Shown here piece by piece: positions 17,001-25,412 of a stretch of 31,531 bases of DNA (position 1 is the first letter of the stretch; each line of letters starts with the position of its first letter). Location: positions 1-31,531 of IMG/VR virus record IMGVR_UViG_3300025665_000038; one strand, given 5' to 3'. Origin of the DNA: a virus (lineage: Duplodnaviria; Caudoviricetes). Under the pieces are notes generated by a model. The model did not search any database and was not told the origin of the DNA. It was given only the letters and a program-made list of their open reading frames with translations. Made by a program: the position numbers and the translations under genes.

Positions 17001-17789
17001 ATGGCTACTAATAGATTGTTTAATATAAGTAAATCAGTATGTGAGAATGACTATACTAGATTCGCTACTAGGGATATCAAGGGTAAACTGCCTAGAATAT
17101 TTGAAATGAAAAAAATATATAAAAACTTCAAATATATGAAAGATGCAGAAGTACACATACGTAGTCTATCAAATCCTTCAAAGATGAATACATACGGATA
17201 TAGCATTAGTGCTCATGCATGTAAGGTAGGAGGAAAATTACATGCCATTAAAGGATCAGTATGTGAGTTATGTTATGCCAGAAAGGGCAGATATGTATTC
17301 CCTATCGTACAAAAATGCATGGAAATGAGGTTAGAATTGATTACCAATGATCCACTATGGGTTGATGCTATGGTATTCATACTGAATAAAAAAAGATACA
17401 AGGGTAAAAAATTGGATATATTCAGATGGCATGATAGTGGAGACATACAAAGCCCAGAACATCTATCTAAAATGGCAGAGATAGCAGAACAAACACCTCA
17501 AATAGAACATTGGTTGCCTACTAAGGAATCTGTTGTTGTTAGAGAATGGGTTAAGACACATGACATACCTGAAAATCTAAACATTAGGATTAGTGCTTCC
17601 ATGATAAATGGAACACCAACTCATGTTGATGGTTGTACTACGTCTATCGTAGTTACCAAAGACATGATAGGTAAAATTGATGGAACTGATTGTCCTGTCT
17701 ATGCTGATTCTAATCATGGTAAAGAATGTGGAGATTGCAAAGCATGTTACCTAAAGACAGTAACAAATATTAACTATCTGGCACATTAG
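17001..17789 (+). CDS. Phage Gp88-like protein (putative Fe-S, radical-SAM-related)
   Basis: C-x13-CELCYA, FRWHDSGD, HWLPTKE, PENLNIRIS, C-terminal CP...CGDCKAC. Confidence 0.8.
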   Translation: MATNRLFNISKSVCENDYTRFATRDIKGKLPRIFEMKKIYKNFKYMKDAEVHIRSLSNPSKMNTYGYSISAHACKVGGKLHAIKGSVCELCYARKGRYVFPIVQKCMEMRLELITNDPLWVDAMVFILNKKRYKGKKLDIFRWHDSGDIQSPEHLSKMAEIAEQTPQIEHWLPTKESVVVREWVKTHDIPENLNIRISASMINGTPTHVDGCTTSIVVTKDMIGKIDGTDCPVYADSNHGKECGDCKACYLKTVTNINYLAH

Positions 17790-17791
17790 TT

Positions 17792-17902
17792 ATGAATGTA
17801 CAAGGACATACAGTTTGTGACTTCTGTGATAAAGATACTGGAACATTCTACAAATATAAGGGGGGAGATATGTGTTTGTTTTGTTGGAGAGAGAAAAAAT
17901 GA
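17792..17902 (+). CDS. Zn-finger microprotein (36 aa, hand-called)
   Basis: CDFC...CLFC; ATGA overlap with the AAA gene. Confidence 0.6.
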   Translation: MNVQGHTVCDFCDKDTGTFYKYKGGDMCLFCWREKK

Positions 17903-18807
17903 GTAAAACTATTATGAAAGATAAAGATATGGAAACCAGCATACCAACTTTGGCAGTTGATTTCGATCAATATGATCCAAAGAATATAGACGTGTGGGAA
18001 GAATACATACCTATTGGTAATGAGAAAGAACGTCTAACTATGGCTATTAAAAGTGCCAAATTACCATACCTCATTGAAAGTGAGAAAGGACAAGGTAAGA
18101 CATTGTTAACTCATACCATATGTAAAGAAAATAAAATTGCATTGGTTAATGAGCCTATTGGCGTTGGAACTAAGAAAAGTGATTTAATTGGAAGCAAGGA
18201 AATCAATAGAGATGGAACATTCTTTAGTCTAGGATTGTTACCTAAATCAATAGAGGTTGCCAATCACTTTGGTCATGCCTGTTTGTATGGAGATGAAGGT
18301 AGTAACCAAGAACATGAGGTTCAACAGTTATGGCACTCCATATGTGACGGTAGACGTAGTATTGTTGCCAATGGTAAGCAGTATAAACTGAACAATGGTT
18401 GTAAGTTGGCTATTATTTGGACAATTAATCCAGTAACATATGCAGGTGTTAACAGTATGACAGAAGCACTAAGAAGTAGATTTATTGGTAGTGCTTGGAA
18501 TTACCCATCCAATTCTGACATGGAGAGTGTTATAGACTGGACAGATATTAGCATTGACTTAATTAAAACCCCACTTTTGACACTAGCACAAGATATATAT
18601 GCCCTAAAGTTAAAGGGAGATGTAGAATATGCTCTTTCTATTAGAGATCTTGTACAGTTTACACATCATTATAGGGAGATTCAGGATAAGATTTCTAAAC
18701 CGTTAGAAACTGCTCTCAATGAGGTTGTTATGATTAAGTTTAGTGAACCTGCTGAACGTGAACTGATAAGGCTACGTATTGAAGATACGTTTGATGTGAA
18801 GTTATAA
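17899..18807 (+). CDS. MoxR/CbbQ/CobS-type AAA+ ATPase
   Basis: Walker A SEKGQGKT, SDLIG, Walker B LYGDE, INP-x2-YAG, ALRSRF, SIRDL. Confidence 0.85.
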   Translation: MSKTIMKDKDMETSIPTLAVDFDQYDPKNIDVWEEYIPIGNEKERLTMAIKSAKLPYLIESEKGQGKTLLTHTICKENKIALVNEPIGVGTKKSDLIGSKEINRDGTFFSLGLLPKSIEVANHFGHACLYGDEGSNQEHEVQQLWHSICDGRRSIVANGKQYKLNNGCKLAIIWTINPVTYAGVNSMTEALRSRFIGSAWNYPSNSDMESVIDWTDISIDLIKTPLLTLAQDIYALKLKGDVEYALSIRDLVQFTHHYREIQDKISKPLETALNEVVMIKFSEPAERELIRLRIEDTFDVKL

Positions 18808-19049
18808 TGTCTAAAGAATACATGAATAAAAACAATAGGTGTATTTTATGTTTTGAAGAGCCAGAAGATAACCTAAATCTGATTAAACATCATGTGTCTT
18901 ACTTTCCAGAACGTATAGCATTTGTTCACTTTGCCTGTCATAACATGATTCATGATCCTGACAAACCACTAGACTTGTGGATTCAGTACGAACCAGAAGA
19001 CAGTAAGATGTTCTATAAGATAAAGAAGGAGAAAGAATCAAATGAATAG
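18807..19049 (+). CDS. HNH-like small protein
   Basis: CILC...HHVSY...HFACHNMIH. Confidence 0.6.
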   Translation: MSKEYMNKNNRCILCFEEPEDNLNLIKHHVSYFPERIAFVHFACHNMIHDPDKPLDLWIQYEPEDSKMFYKIKKEKESNE

Positions 19050-19139
19050 AATGATATGGGCAATAAGGACTAGCAACTTTAGAACATGGTTGTCATACGG
19101 TCTATCCAGAATGTTCAACAAGCCTTGGGAGTTTAAGGA

Positions 19140-19349
19140 ATGACAGATAAAAAACCTGATTTCCGTCTGAGATATAACAGAAACTTGCCTGAGCCTAACA
19201 GGTTGGTCGTATGGGATGTCAAGAATGATAAAGAGTATACAACTAGCCACTTTGACCTTACTGGGTGTAGGATAAGCATGTTCTATGGTAATTCCATTAA
19301 GCAGGAAAAAGCATGTGGTGCTAAACTAATACTAGAGGTATGGAAGTAA
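19140..19349 (+). CDS. Hypothetical protein
   Basis: Coupled ORF. Confidence 0.65.
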   Translation: MTDKKPDFRLRYNRNLPEPNRLVVWDVKNDKEYTTSHFDLTGCRISMFYGNSIKQEKACGAKLILEVWK

Positions 19350-19573
19350 TGGTTAGTCGTTGCAATAATCTATGCAATAGATATAGAAAAGCAGGTGCAC
19401 GTACAACAAATTATCGTAGTGGTAAAATTGCATACTGTAGAAACTGTTCCCATATGTTTCATAAAGAAGATGTTGTGAAATACAGATGTCCATGTTGTAA
19501 GGGTTTAGTTAGAACACATCTTAGAAGTAGCAGAAGAAAAGAAATGCAGAAGATGACGGTGCATAGATATTGA
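19349..19573 (+). CDS. Thaumarchaeal-type Zn-ribbon protein
   Basis: CxxxC...YCxxC...RCPCC-x3-VR. Confidence 0.7.
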   Translation: MVSRCNNLCNRYRKAGARTTNYRSGKIAYCRNCSHMFHKEDVVKYRCPCCKGLVRTHLRSSRRKEMQKMTVHRY

Positions 19574-19655
19574 CCAAAACATATTATATAGGAGACCATG
19601 AAGGAACTAAAGTATCTAAAGAACGTTATTATGATATATTTGGGAGAGATCCATA

Positions 19656-21356
19656 ATGACTAAACGTAATATTGACCTGCTTAGTAACAGGGATATGTTT
19701 GTCAAGTATGCAAATGTTGTAGAGGTTGCTAGAAATGCAAAAATAAAAATATATCATCAGGGTGGTGTTAACTGTGTTTATTATAAGGGAATAAAGGATG
19801 GAAAACATCAGTTTAAAATATATTCAGCAACACCTAATGCTAAAGGAATTGAAAAGTTTGTAGGTATCATACACGAACTGTCACACGTATTGTTTCAATC
19901 TCCATTTAATGCAACCAATAAACTATTAGAAGAACATTGGGAACTAGAAGGAGAAAGGTTAAAGTTGTTTTTCAACGTATTTAATGTGTTGGAAGATCAA
20001 CGTATAGAATCACAGATGGGTAAGATGTATCTTAAACATGCTGGTAGATTCAATAAAACTACAAAAAAACTAGGTAGGTTGATGGATGTGAAATCACTTA
20101 CAAATGGAAACCCTGTCAATATGTTATTAGCCATAAGATTTCAACGTGGTAATGATATTAAGGAGTTAAAAAACTTTGATGTGTATGAAAAGGCATTGCA
20201 AGATGTTGTATTGACTGACAAGTATGGTGCATTAAGAGTACTTGTAATTCTAAAACCATACATTGATAAATGGATGAGTGATAAGGAAAAGAAACTTGAA
20301 TCTGTAGTAGTATCAAATAAAGATAATGCAGTTATGAAAAAGTTGAATGCAGATACATTTGAAACAGATAAGACATATTCAGAAAATCAGAAAGAAAGTA
20401 GTGGAGAAACTGATCTTGATATTCCTGAAGAACTGTTACATCCAGAAGATGAAGTTAATAAAGAAACTGGATTAGAAGTAAGTAAAAAGAATGGTTCTGA
20501 CATAGTAAATGAAATATTTAAATCATTAAGAGATGATGGTACTGTAAAGAATCCACCAAAGAACGTGGAATACATTGATAGACATCCAGAATTGGTATCT
20601 ATTAACTTGAAAACAGCAAAAGGCATGTCAAAAATATTCAAGATACTGATGATGAGAAGTAAAGAATTTGTTGATTATGATGGGGATGAAATAGACGTTG
20701 AATCATATGTAGAAGGAATTATACGTGGAAATGATATGGGTAGATGCCGTCTCAATAAGAAACAAACTCATGGCGTGTCAATAGTTGTATCAATAGATGG
20801 ATCTTATAGTATGTCAGGCAGTAAAATTCTAATTGCTAGAGAAATGGTTGCAACCATGTTTGAATCTGTTAAACACTTGGATACTGTTGATATCAGAGCT
20901 AATATCTGGAGTGGTAACATATATGGTAAGATTGGAATAACTGAAGTTAACAGTCAAGAAGATGTCAAATATATCGGGCTTAATGTTAAGGGTACTGCAT
21001 ATAACACAACTCCTACACATATAGCATTAGACCATAGCAGTTTAATGCTTAAACAAATGAAAGGAGACAGAAAACTGTTAATAATAATTACAGATGGAGC
21101 ACCTAATCACTATAATGCTGGTTATCATGTAAGTATTGAATCGTATATCAAGACATGTAAAAAATCACTATTTAAAGCAATGAATGTCACACCAAACATA
21201 ATGTGTGTTGTTGTACAAGATAATAGGTACTTTAAATACAACTCAATTAGAGCATTATTCAAGCCTAGTAAGATGATGAATGTTAATAATATGGGTGAGG
21301 CATCCGAAAGAGTTATAAAGAGATTTAAAAAAATGATTATTAACAACATTGTCTGA
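19656..21356 (+). CDS. vWA protein with N-terminal HExxH metallopeptidase-like domain (CobT-like architecture)
   Basis: HELSH, FNVLEDQRIE, acidic linker, MIDAS DGSYS, TPT, ITDG. Confidence 0.85.
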   Translation: MTKRNIDLLSNRDMFVKYANVVEVARNAKIKIYHQGGVNCVYYKGIKDGKHQFKIYSATPNAKGIEKFVGIIHELSHVLFQSPFNATNKLLEEHWELEGERLKLFFNVFNVLEDQRIESQMGKMYLKHAGRFNKTTKKLGRLMDVKSLTNGNPVNMLLAIRFQRGNDIKELKNFDVYEKALQDVVLTDKYGALRVLVILKPYIDKWMSDKEKKLESVVVSNKDNAVMKKLNADTFETDKTYSENQKESSGETDLDIPEELLHPEDEVNKETGLEVSKKNGSDIVNEIFKSLRDDGTVKNPPKNVEYIDRHPELVSINLKTAKGMSKIFKILMMRSKEFVDYDGDEIDVESYVEGIIRGNDMGRCRLNKKQTHGVSIVVSIDGSYSMSGSKILIAREMVATMFESVKHLDTVDIRANIWSGNIYGKIGITEVNSQEDVKYIGLNVKGTAYNTTPTHIALDHSSLMLKQMKGDRKLLIIITDGAPNHYNAGYHVSIESYIKTCKKSLFKAMNVTPNIMCVVVQDNRYFKYNSIRALFKPSKMMNVNNMGEASERVIKRFKKMIINNIV

Positions 21357-21511
21357 AAAAGATCGCATAATAAAGAAGGTAAAAAGGCTTGAAGCGTTAT
21401 TATTCATACCGTTCTGTCATGAAACGGATGAGGAACTCGAAAAAAGGCATAGTGATGGATTATTAATGAATTATCTTAGAACATTAGAAAAATTAAAGGT
21501 AGAGCAATCTA

Positions 21512-21772
21512 ATGACCTTAAGTGATAGAGAGAGATTCATACTACATACAATGTCTGTGATGGTTGTGGACACTATGGTAAAAAAAGTACAAGCAGATAA
21601 GAATATCATGGATGGCACTGTAGCATTATCAGTTGAGGAACTGATAGACATTATGAATGACATAGGAAGAGGTAGATGTAGATCTCTAAGCAGACTTGAT
21701 ATAAGCACACTTTATGAAGAAATACATGAAGAAATGATGCTTGGTGTAGAGATACATAAAGGCAACATATAA
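21512..21772 (+). CDS. Hypothetical protein
   Basis: 86-aa ORF in chain. Confidence 0.65.
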   Translation: MTLSDRERFILHTMSVMVVDTMVKKVQADKNIMDGTVALSVEELIDIMNDIGRGRCRSLSRLDISTLYEEIHEEMMLGVEIHKGNI

Positions 21773-21916
21773 ATATTTCATTGATATGACTATTGTTATG
21801 ATTTGTAATATTTGTGCATTAGAGATGACTACTCATAAATATGAAGAACTTGACGTATGTGACGAGTGCCAAGTACTAATAGATAAAGAACTTGCAAAAC
21901 CTGTAGTAAAACAAGA

Positions 21917-22492
21917 ATGACACCACCTGACAAAGAAGTATGGAATGGAGACTATACCTGTATTAATATAGAGTGTGATAAAAACATACCTGCACATATT
22001 GTAGAAAAACAACACACACATCCAAAAAACAGGGTTTGTTCATCATGTAAGTCATCACCAATTATTAGATGGAAATGTATAGGATGTGACAGTATTATAA
22101 GTAACAATACAAAAAGAACAGGTACATTTTACTGTTCTGTTATGTGTAGACAGCATAGTTATCATGTTAGAAAATATGCTAAAGTTGTTAAACCTGTAAT
22201 AATTAAAAATATCAGGGGTTGTCAATACTGTTGTAAAATATTAACACATGATTATGCTTTAAAATATTGTGATAACAAGTGTCGTAGTGAACATAGAAAG
22301 TTAGAGGAACATAGGAAACTGTACAGGGCAGATATGATTAAACGTGCAAATGCAAGGATGTTGGCTAAGAATCCAAACTATGACAAGGAGAAAAGAGTCA
22401 AACATAAAGAGAAACAACAACTGTATCAGAAACGTAGGTATAATGTACTGAAACTAGTAAAAAAAGTACGTGATAGGCAAACACATATATAA
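21917..22492 (+). CDS. Multi-Zn-finger basic protein
   Basis: Several CxxC and two YCxxxCR motifs, basic helical tail. Confidence 0.75.
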   Translation: MTPPDKEVWNGDYTCINIECDKNIPAHIVEKQHTHPKNRVCSSCKSSPIIRWKCIGCDSIISNNTKRTGTFYCSVMCRQHSYHVRKYAKVVKPVIIKNIRGCQYCCKILTHDYALKYCDNKCRSEHRKLEEHRKLYRADMIKRANARMLAKNPNYDKEKRVKHKEKQQLYQKRRYNVLKLVKKVRDRQTHI

Positions 22493-22512
22493 TACTATAT
22501 ATAAGTAACTAT

Positions 22513-22731
22513 GTGTGTAATGGGTATTGTAATCTATATGTACATAAAATAAATGAGAATAATCACTACTGCCAGAAATGTTCAACATTCATTCCTGCAT
22601 CATATTTATATAAAGAGAATAAAAAACTTGGTAGATTAAGATGTAATTGTTGTCATGGGTTAGTTAGACATAAAACCAGAATTTATAAGATGAATGTTAT
22701 GCCTAGCAGTATTCTTCTGCCCACAACATAG
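22513..22731 (+). CDS. Zn-ribbon protein, paralog of 19349..19573
   Basis: CNGYC...YCQKC...RCNCCHGLVR. Confidence 0.7.
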   Translation: MCNGYCNLYVHKINENNHYCQKCSTFIPASYLYKENKKLGRLRCNCCHGLVRHKTRIYKMNVMPSSILLPTT

Positions 22732-22924
22732 CAAAAATCAATCTTTCTTCCTGATCATCATCTAGACACTCTTCCTTTACACAATAATGTAGATATTCAT
22801 GTGTTATTGTACTTAGTAAATCAGCCATATTCTCATGTTTATTTAAGTAAATTACTATTCTATCACTTGCATGGTAATATTCACCATGATCCTCTCCAAC
22901 TATCCTAAACGTAGAACTTACCAT
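22703..22924 (-). CDS. Minimal zincin metallopeptidase-like protein
   Basis: G-x-Y...IVIYL...TITHEYLH...EE; TATA about 21 nt upstream. Confidence 0.75.
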   Translation of the reverse strand: MVSSTFRIVGEDHGEYYHASDRIVIYLNKHENMADLLSTITHEYLHYCVKEECLDDDQEERLIFAMLWAEEYC

Positions 22925-22982
22925 GACATTTATGAATATTAATAATATTTAATTATAGTGTATGAATCTAGTCATGAATACT

Positions 22983-23079
22983 AATAACGGAAAGAAATGA
23001 TGTATCGACATTCTTTCTCCTTCCATCAGGCTAAGTCGGACTCTAATCTATCTTAGACGTTTCCGAGAAACCTATTATT
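22983..23079 (-). ncRNA. Candidate structured non-coding RNA (about 97 nt), family unknown
   Basis: Intergenic, GC-richer than flanks, terminal stem plus internal hairpins, TATA at 23101-23108. Confidence 0.5.
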
Positions 23080-23109
23080 GATAATTATGACTATTATATA
23101 TATTTATAG

Positions 23110-23223
23110 TCATTTCAACTCCCCATGCTCTTCACAATGGTATATTAAACCTCTCTCAATGTCTCTACCACTAGAATTATAACTAAGATCTTTGCATTCT
23201 TTATAGCATTTAGGACACTTCAT
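23110..23223 (-). CDS. Zn-finger microprotein (37 aa, hand-called)
   Basis: MKCPKC...CEEHG; ATGA coupling. Confidence 0.65.
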   Translation of the reverse strand: MKCPKCYKECKDLSYNSSGRDIERGLIYHCEEHGELK

Positions 23224-23330
23224 TCATTATCCCCACAATCTTTACAAGTATCAGGATTAATACAAACTGGATTATGATTACCATCTCTGGTAGGATGTTC
23301 ACTATTACGTTTTCTAATAGTTCTTGTCAT
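23220..23330 (-). CDS. Microprotein (36 aa, hand-called)
   Basis: H...C...CKDC; AT-rich TATA-like spacer upstream. Confidence 0.55.
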   Translation of the reverse strand: MTRTIRKRNSEHPTRDGNHNPVCINPDTCKDCGDNE

Positions 23331-23368
23331 GTAAAGTGTATACATGCATAATATTTTAATATTCCTGT

Positions 23369-23476
23369 CTAATCAAATACACCATCAGAGCAATCTACTA
23401 CTGCTCCACAGTTAGGACATATTTGGTGACATACTGTCATCTTATCCATCTCTTCGTTACAACGCTGACACTTCAT
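23369..23476 (-). CDS. CPxCG-type Zn-finger microprotein (35 aa, hand-called)
   Basis: MKCQRC...CPNCG...DCSD. Confidence 0.7.
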   Translation of the reverse strand: MKCQRCNEEMDKMTVCHQICPNCGAVVDCSDGVFD

Positions 23477-23610
23477 AACTTAATGCTTTTGGTTAAGTTT
23501 TGATTGATCCCCATGTAGTGACATTTGAAGCAATGCTGGGATGATTCCCAACAATGCTTTCCTGTGCAACCACAAGATTTAAAAGTTTCATAACATAATT
23601 TGCATCTCAT
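23473..23610 (-). CDS. Cys-rich microprotein (45 aa, hand-called)
   Basis: MRCKLC...CGC...HCW...CFKCHY; coupled on both sides. Confidence 0.65.
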   Translation of the reverse strand: MRCKLCYETFKSCGCTGKHCWESSQHCFKCHYMGINQNLTKSIKL

Positions 23611-23717
23611 TATCCACTACCTATTACTTTATGACAATGACAGGTACATGGTTCTAATCCAGCATATTGTGTAGGACATTGAAAATGTTTATCATTTCTA
23701 CATGCTGGGTATATCAA
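23610..23717 (-). CDS. Cys/His microprotein (35 aa, hand-called)
   Basis: C-x4-H-x2-C...CTCHCH; TTG start adjacent to the upstream stop. Confidence 0.6.
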   Translation of the reverse strand: MIYPACRNDKHFQCPTQYAGLEPCTCHCHKVIGSG

Positions 23718-24053
23718 TCAGTCTCTTTCCTCATCATACTTTATCTTTAGATATATTAAATAGTTTATCATATCTTCTATAGTATCTGAAACCTTTTCAT
23801 CGTTTATCATGGGATTTTCATTAGGATTCTTTGTTAGACTTATCAACCTACTAAATTTATCAGCAAGTCTCACCAATAGACCTTGACATACTGTGTCAGT
23901 TATGCCCCAATTCTTTGAATTACTAATATTTGCTAAAGTATCTCCATTCTTGTGTTGATCCCTAGCATAGTCCATGCCTTTCTTCTCAACTATATTGTAT
24001 GCATTACTGCATATCTTCCTATGCTCACGTAATACTTTTTTTATGGATGTCAT
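23718..24053 (-). CDS. DUF1599/nucleotide-modification-associated all-alpha protein
   Basis: KKxxDY...N...GLLVRLADKFSRL...DTIEDMINY; start at ATG 24053. Confidence 0.75.
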   Translation of the reverse strand: MTSIKKVLREHRKICSNAYNIVEKKGMDYARDQHKNGDTLANISNSKNWGITDTVCQGLLVRLADKFSRLISLTKNPNENPMINDEKVSDTIEDMINYLIYLKIKYDEERD

Positions 24054-24069
24054 AAATAAAAAAGGGAGG

Positions 24070-25074
24070 TTATTCCTCGTGTTTGAGTTTGTTTTGATAG
24101 AAATGATTTGATTCAATCATCTCTGTTGCTATTGGTTCTGCAATATCAGCTTGTAGTTGTTTGTCTTCTATAGTTGCTACCCTGTTTCCATAGTTTGCTA
24201 AGAAGTCATTGTAATTATCTAAGTTTTCACTTTGATAATTCATCATACCATCAGTTCCAAATCGTAATTCATTCTCTGCTTTGATTTGTTCTGCTGTTTT
24301 TCCATCATAGAGTATTTCGCACCCAAACTGTGCTTTATGTGCATCAGTATATTGATTATTATCACATATTAATGACATGTCAATATTTCTATGTGTTGCT
24401 GTATGGTCATCAAAGTTTAGTGCTTGGACATCAGGTGTGTAAACATCCATCAAACTGAAGTTATAGTCATCATCGCCTGTAGGCATTGAACTATATCCTT
24501 CCCCAACTACCTTGAGTAAGGCTTGTTGTCCACGACATTCTTCTATTGCCATTACAATTTCTCCTAACTGACCTTCAACTTGAACATTATTAACTTGCCA
24601 AAGATTAAATGATGAAATCTCAAACTCTCTTGCAGTTTGGAACGGTGCTGTTTGCTTATCCATACCTTGTTTACAAGTGTTCAATTTTTTCAACAAATTC
24701 ATCAATACAGATTCATCTTTGGTTGCCTCCCCGTTCAAAAGTTTTTCTTCTATTACTAGAATAATTCTCTCATTGGGTGTCAACTTTGCTTTCTCTATTG
24801 CAATTTCTGCAAGTGCTTGTTCATTGAGTTTTTGAATCTCTTGGTCGTATCTTTCAACGGTTAGTAATTCTTTATACTCTTTGAGGTCTTCTATCGTATA
24901 GACCTCTTTGAATCCCTGCCAAACACAGTGAAACTCTACTGCAATTTCATCAAAGTTACATGTTTGTCCATGTGAATTAAATGGTACTTCAACTGTTGCT
25001 GTTTCTGCATATACACTAACACCAGAGGTCAGGGCTACACTGACCAATACTGCTAATAATATTGAATTTTTCAT
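24070..25074 (-). CDS. Secreted or membrane-anchored acidic protein
   Basis: Signal peptide MKNSILLAVLVSVALTSGVSVYA; six Cys; own TATA and CCTCCCTTTTTT tract after the stop. Confidence 0.8.
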   Translation of the reverse strand: MKNSILLAVLVSVALTSGVSVYAETATVEVPFNSHGQTCNFDEIAVEFHCVWQGFKEVYTIEDLKEYKELLTVERYDQEIQKLNEQALAEIAIEKAKLTPNERIILVIEEKLLNGEATKDESVLMNLLKKLNTCKQGMDKQTAPFQTAREFEISSFNLWQVNNVQVEGQLGEIVMAIEECRGQQALLKVVGEGYSSMPTGDDDYNFSLMDVYTPDVQALNFDDHTATHRNIDMSLICDNNQYTDAHKAQFGCEILYDGKTAEQIKAENELRFGTDGMMNYQSENLDNYNDFLANYGNRVATIEDKQLQADIAEPIATEMIESNHFYQNKLKHEE

Positions 25075-25107
25075 ATTAGTGTAAATAAATGATGGATATA
25101 TATATGT

Positions 25108-25383
25108 TTATAATTCTAATCCAAAATTCTCAGCTATGTTTGAAAACTTTTTATACTCTTCAAGATAGAGTCTGCCTTTTTCTGTTATGACAAACGTTGT
25201 CTTTCCGTCAGAGTCTATTTTATTTACTAAGTTTGATTGAGTTAGTTTACTCATGAATCCAATCATTCTTTTATGTGACAGGTTAGATTTTCTTATTAGA
25301 GGAGTAATTGGTATTCCTTGATTACCACTGTATGATACAGTATCTAAAATATCCTCTGTTATCTGATAAGAATTTCTGTACAT
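25108..25383 (-). CDS. Archaeal winged-helix regulator
   Basis: YR-x4-I-x2-IL...ITxLIRKSNLS...ITEKGRLYL; TATA 21 nt before ATG 25383. Confidence 0.8.
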   Translation of the reverse strand: MYRNSYQITEDILDTVSYSGNQGIPITPLIRKSNLSHKRMIGFMSKLTQSNLVNKIDSDGKTTFVITEKGRLYLEEYKKFSNIAENFGLEL

Positions 25384-25412
25384 ATAAAACATTTATGTCA
25401 CTTATATATAAA

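Noticed and set aside
17899-21356. cobS/cobT cobalamin auxiliary metabolic genes
   Set aside because: No cobN or other B12 genes seen; AAA plus vWA pairs are common viral chaperone-like modules
22983-23079. Hammerhead ribozyme or tRNA
   Set aside because: CUGAUGG instead of CUGAUGA, no pairing for stems I and II, no cloverleaf or T-loop; kept only as an unknown RNA
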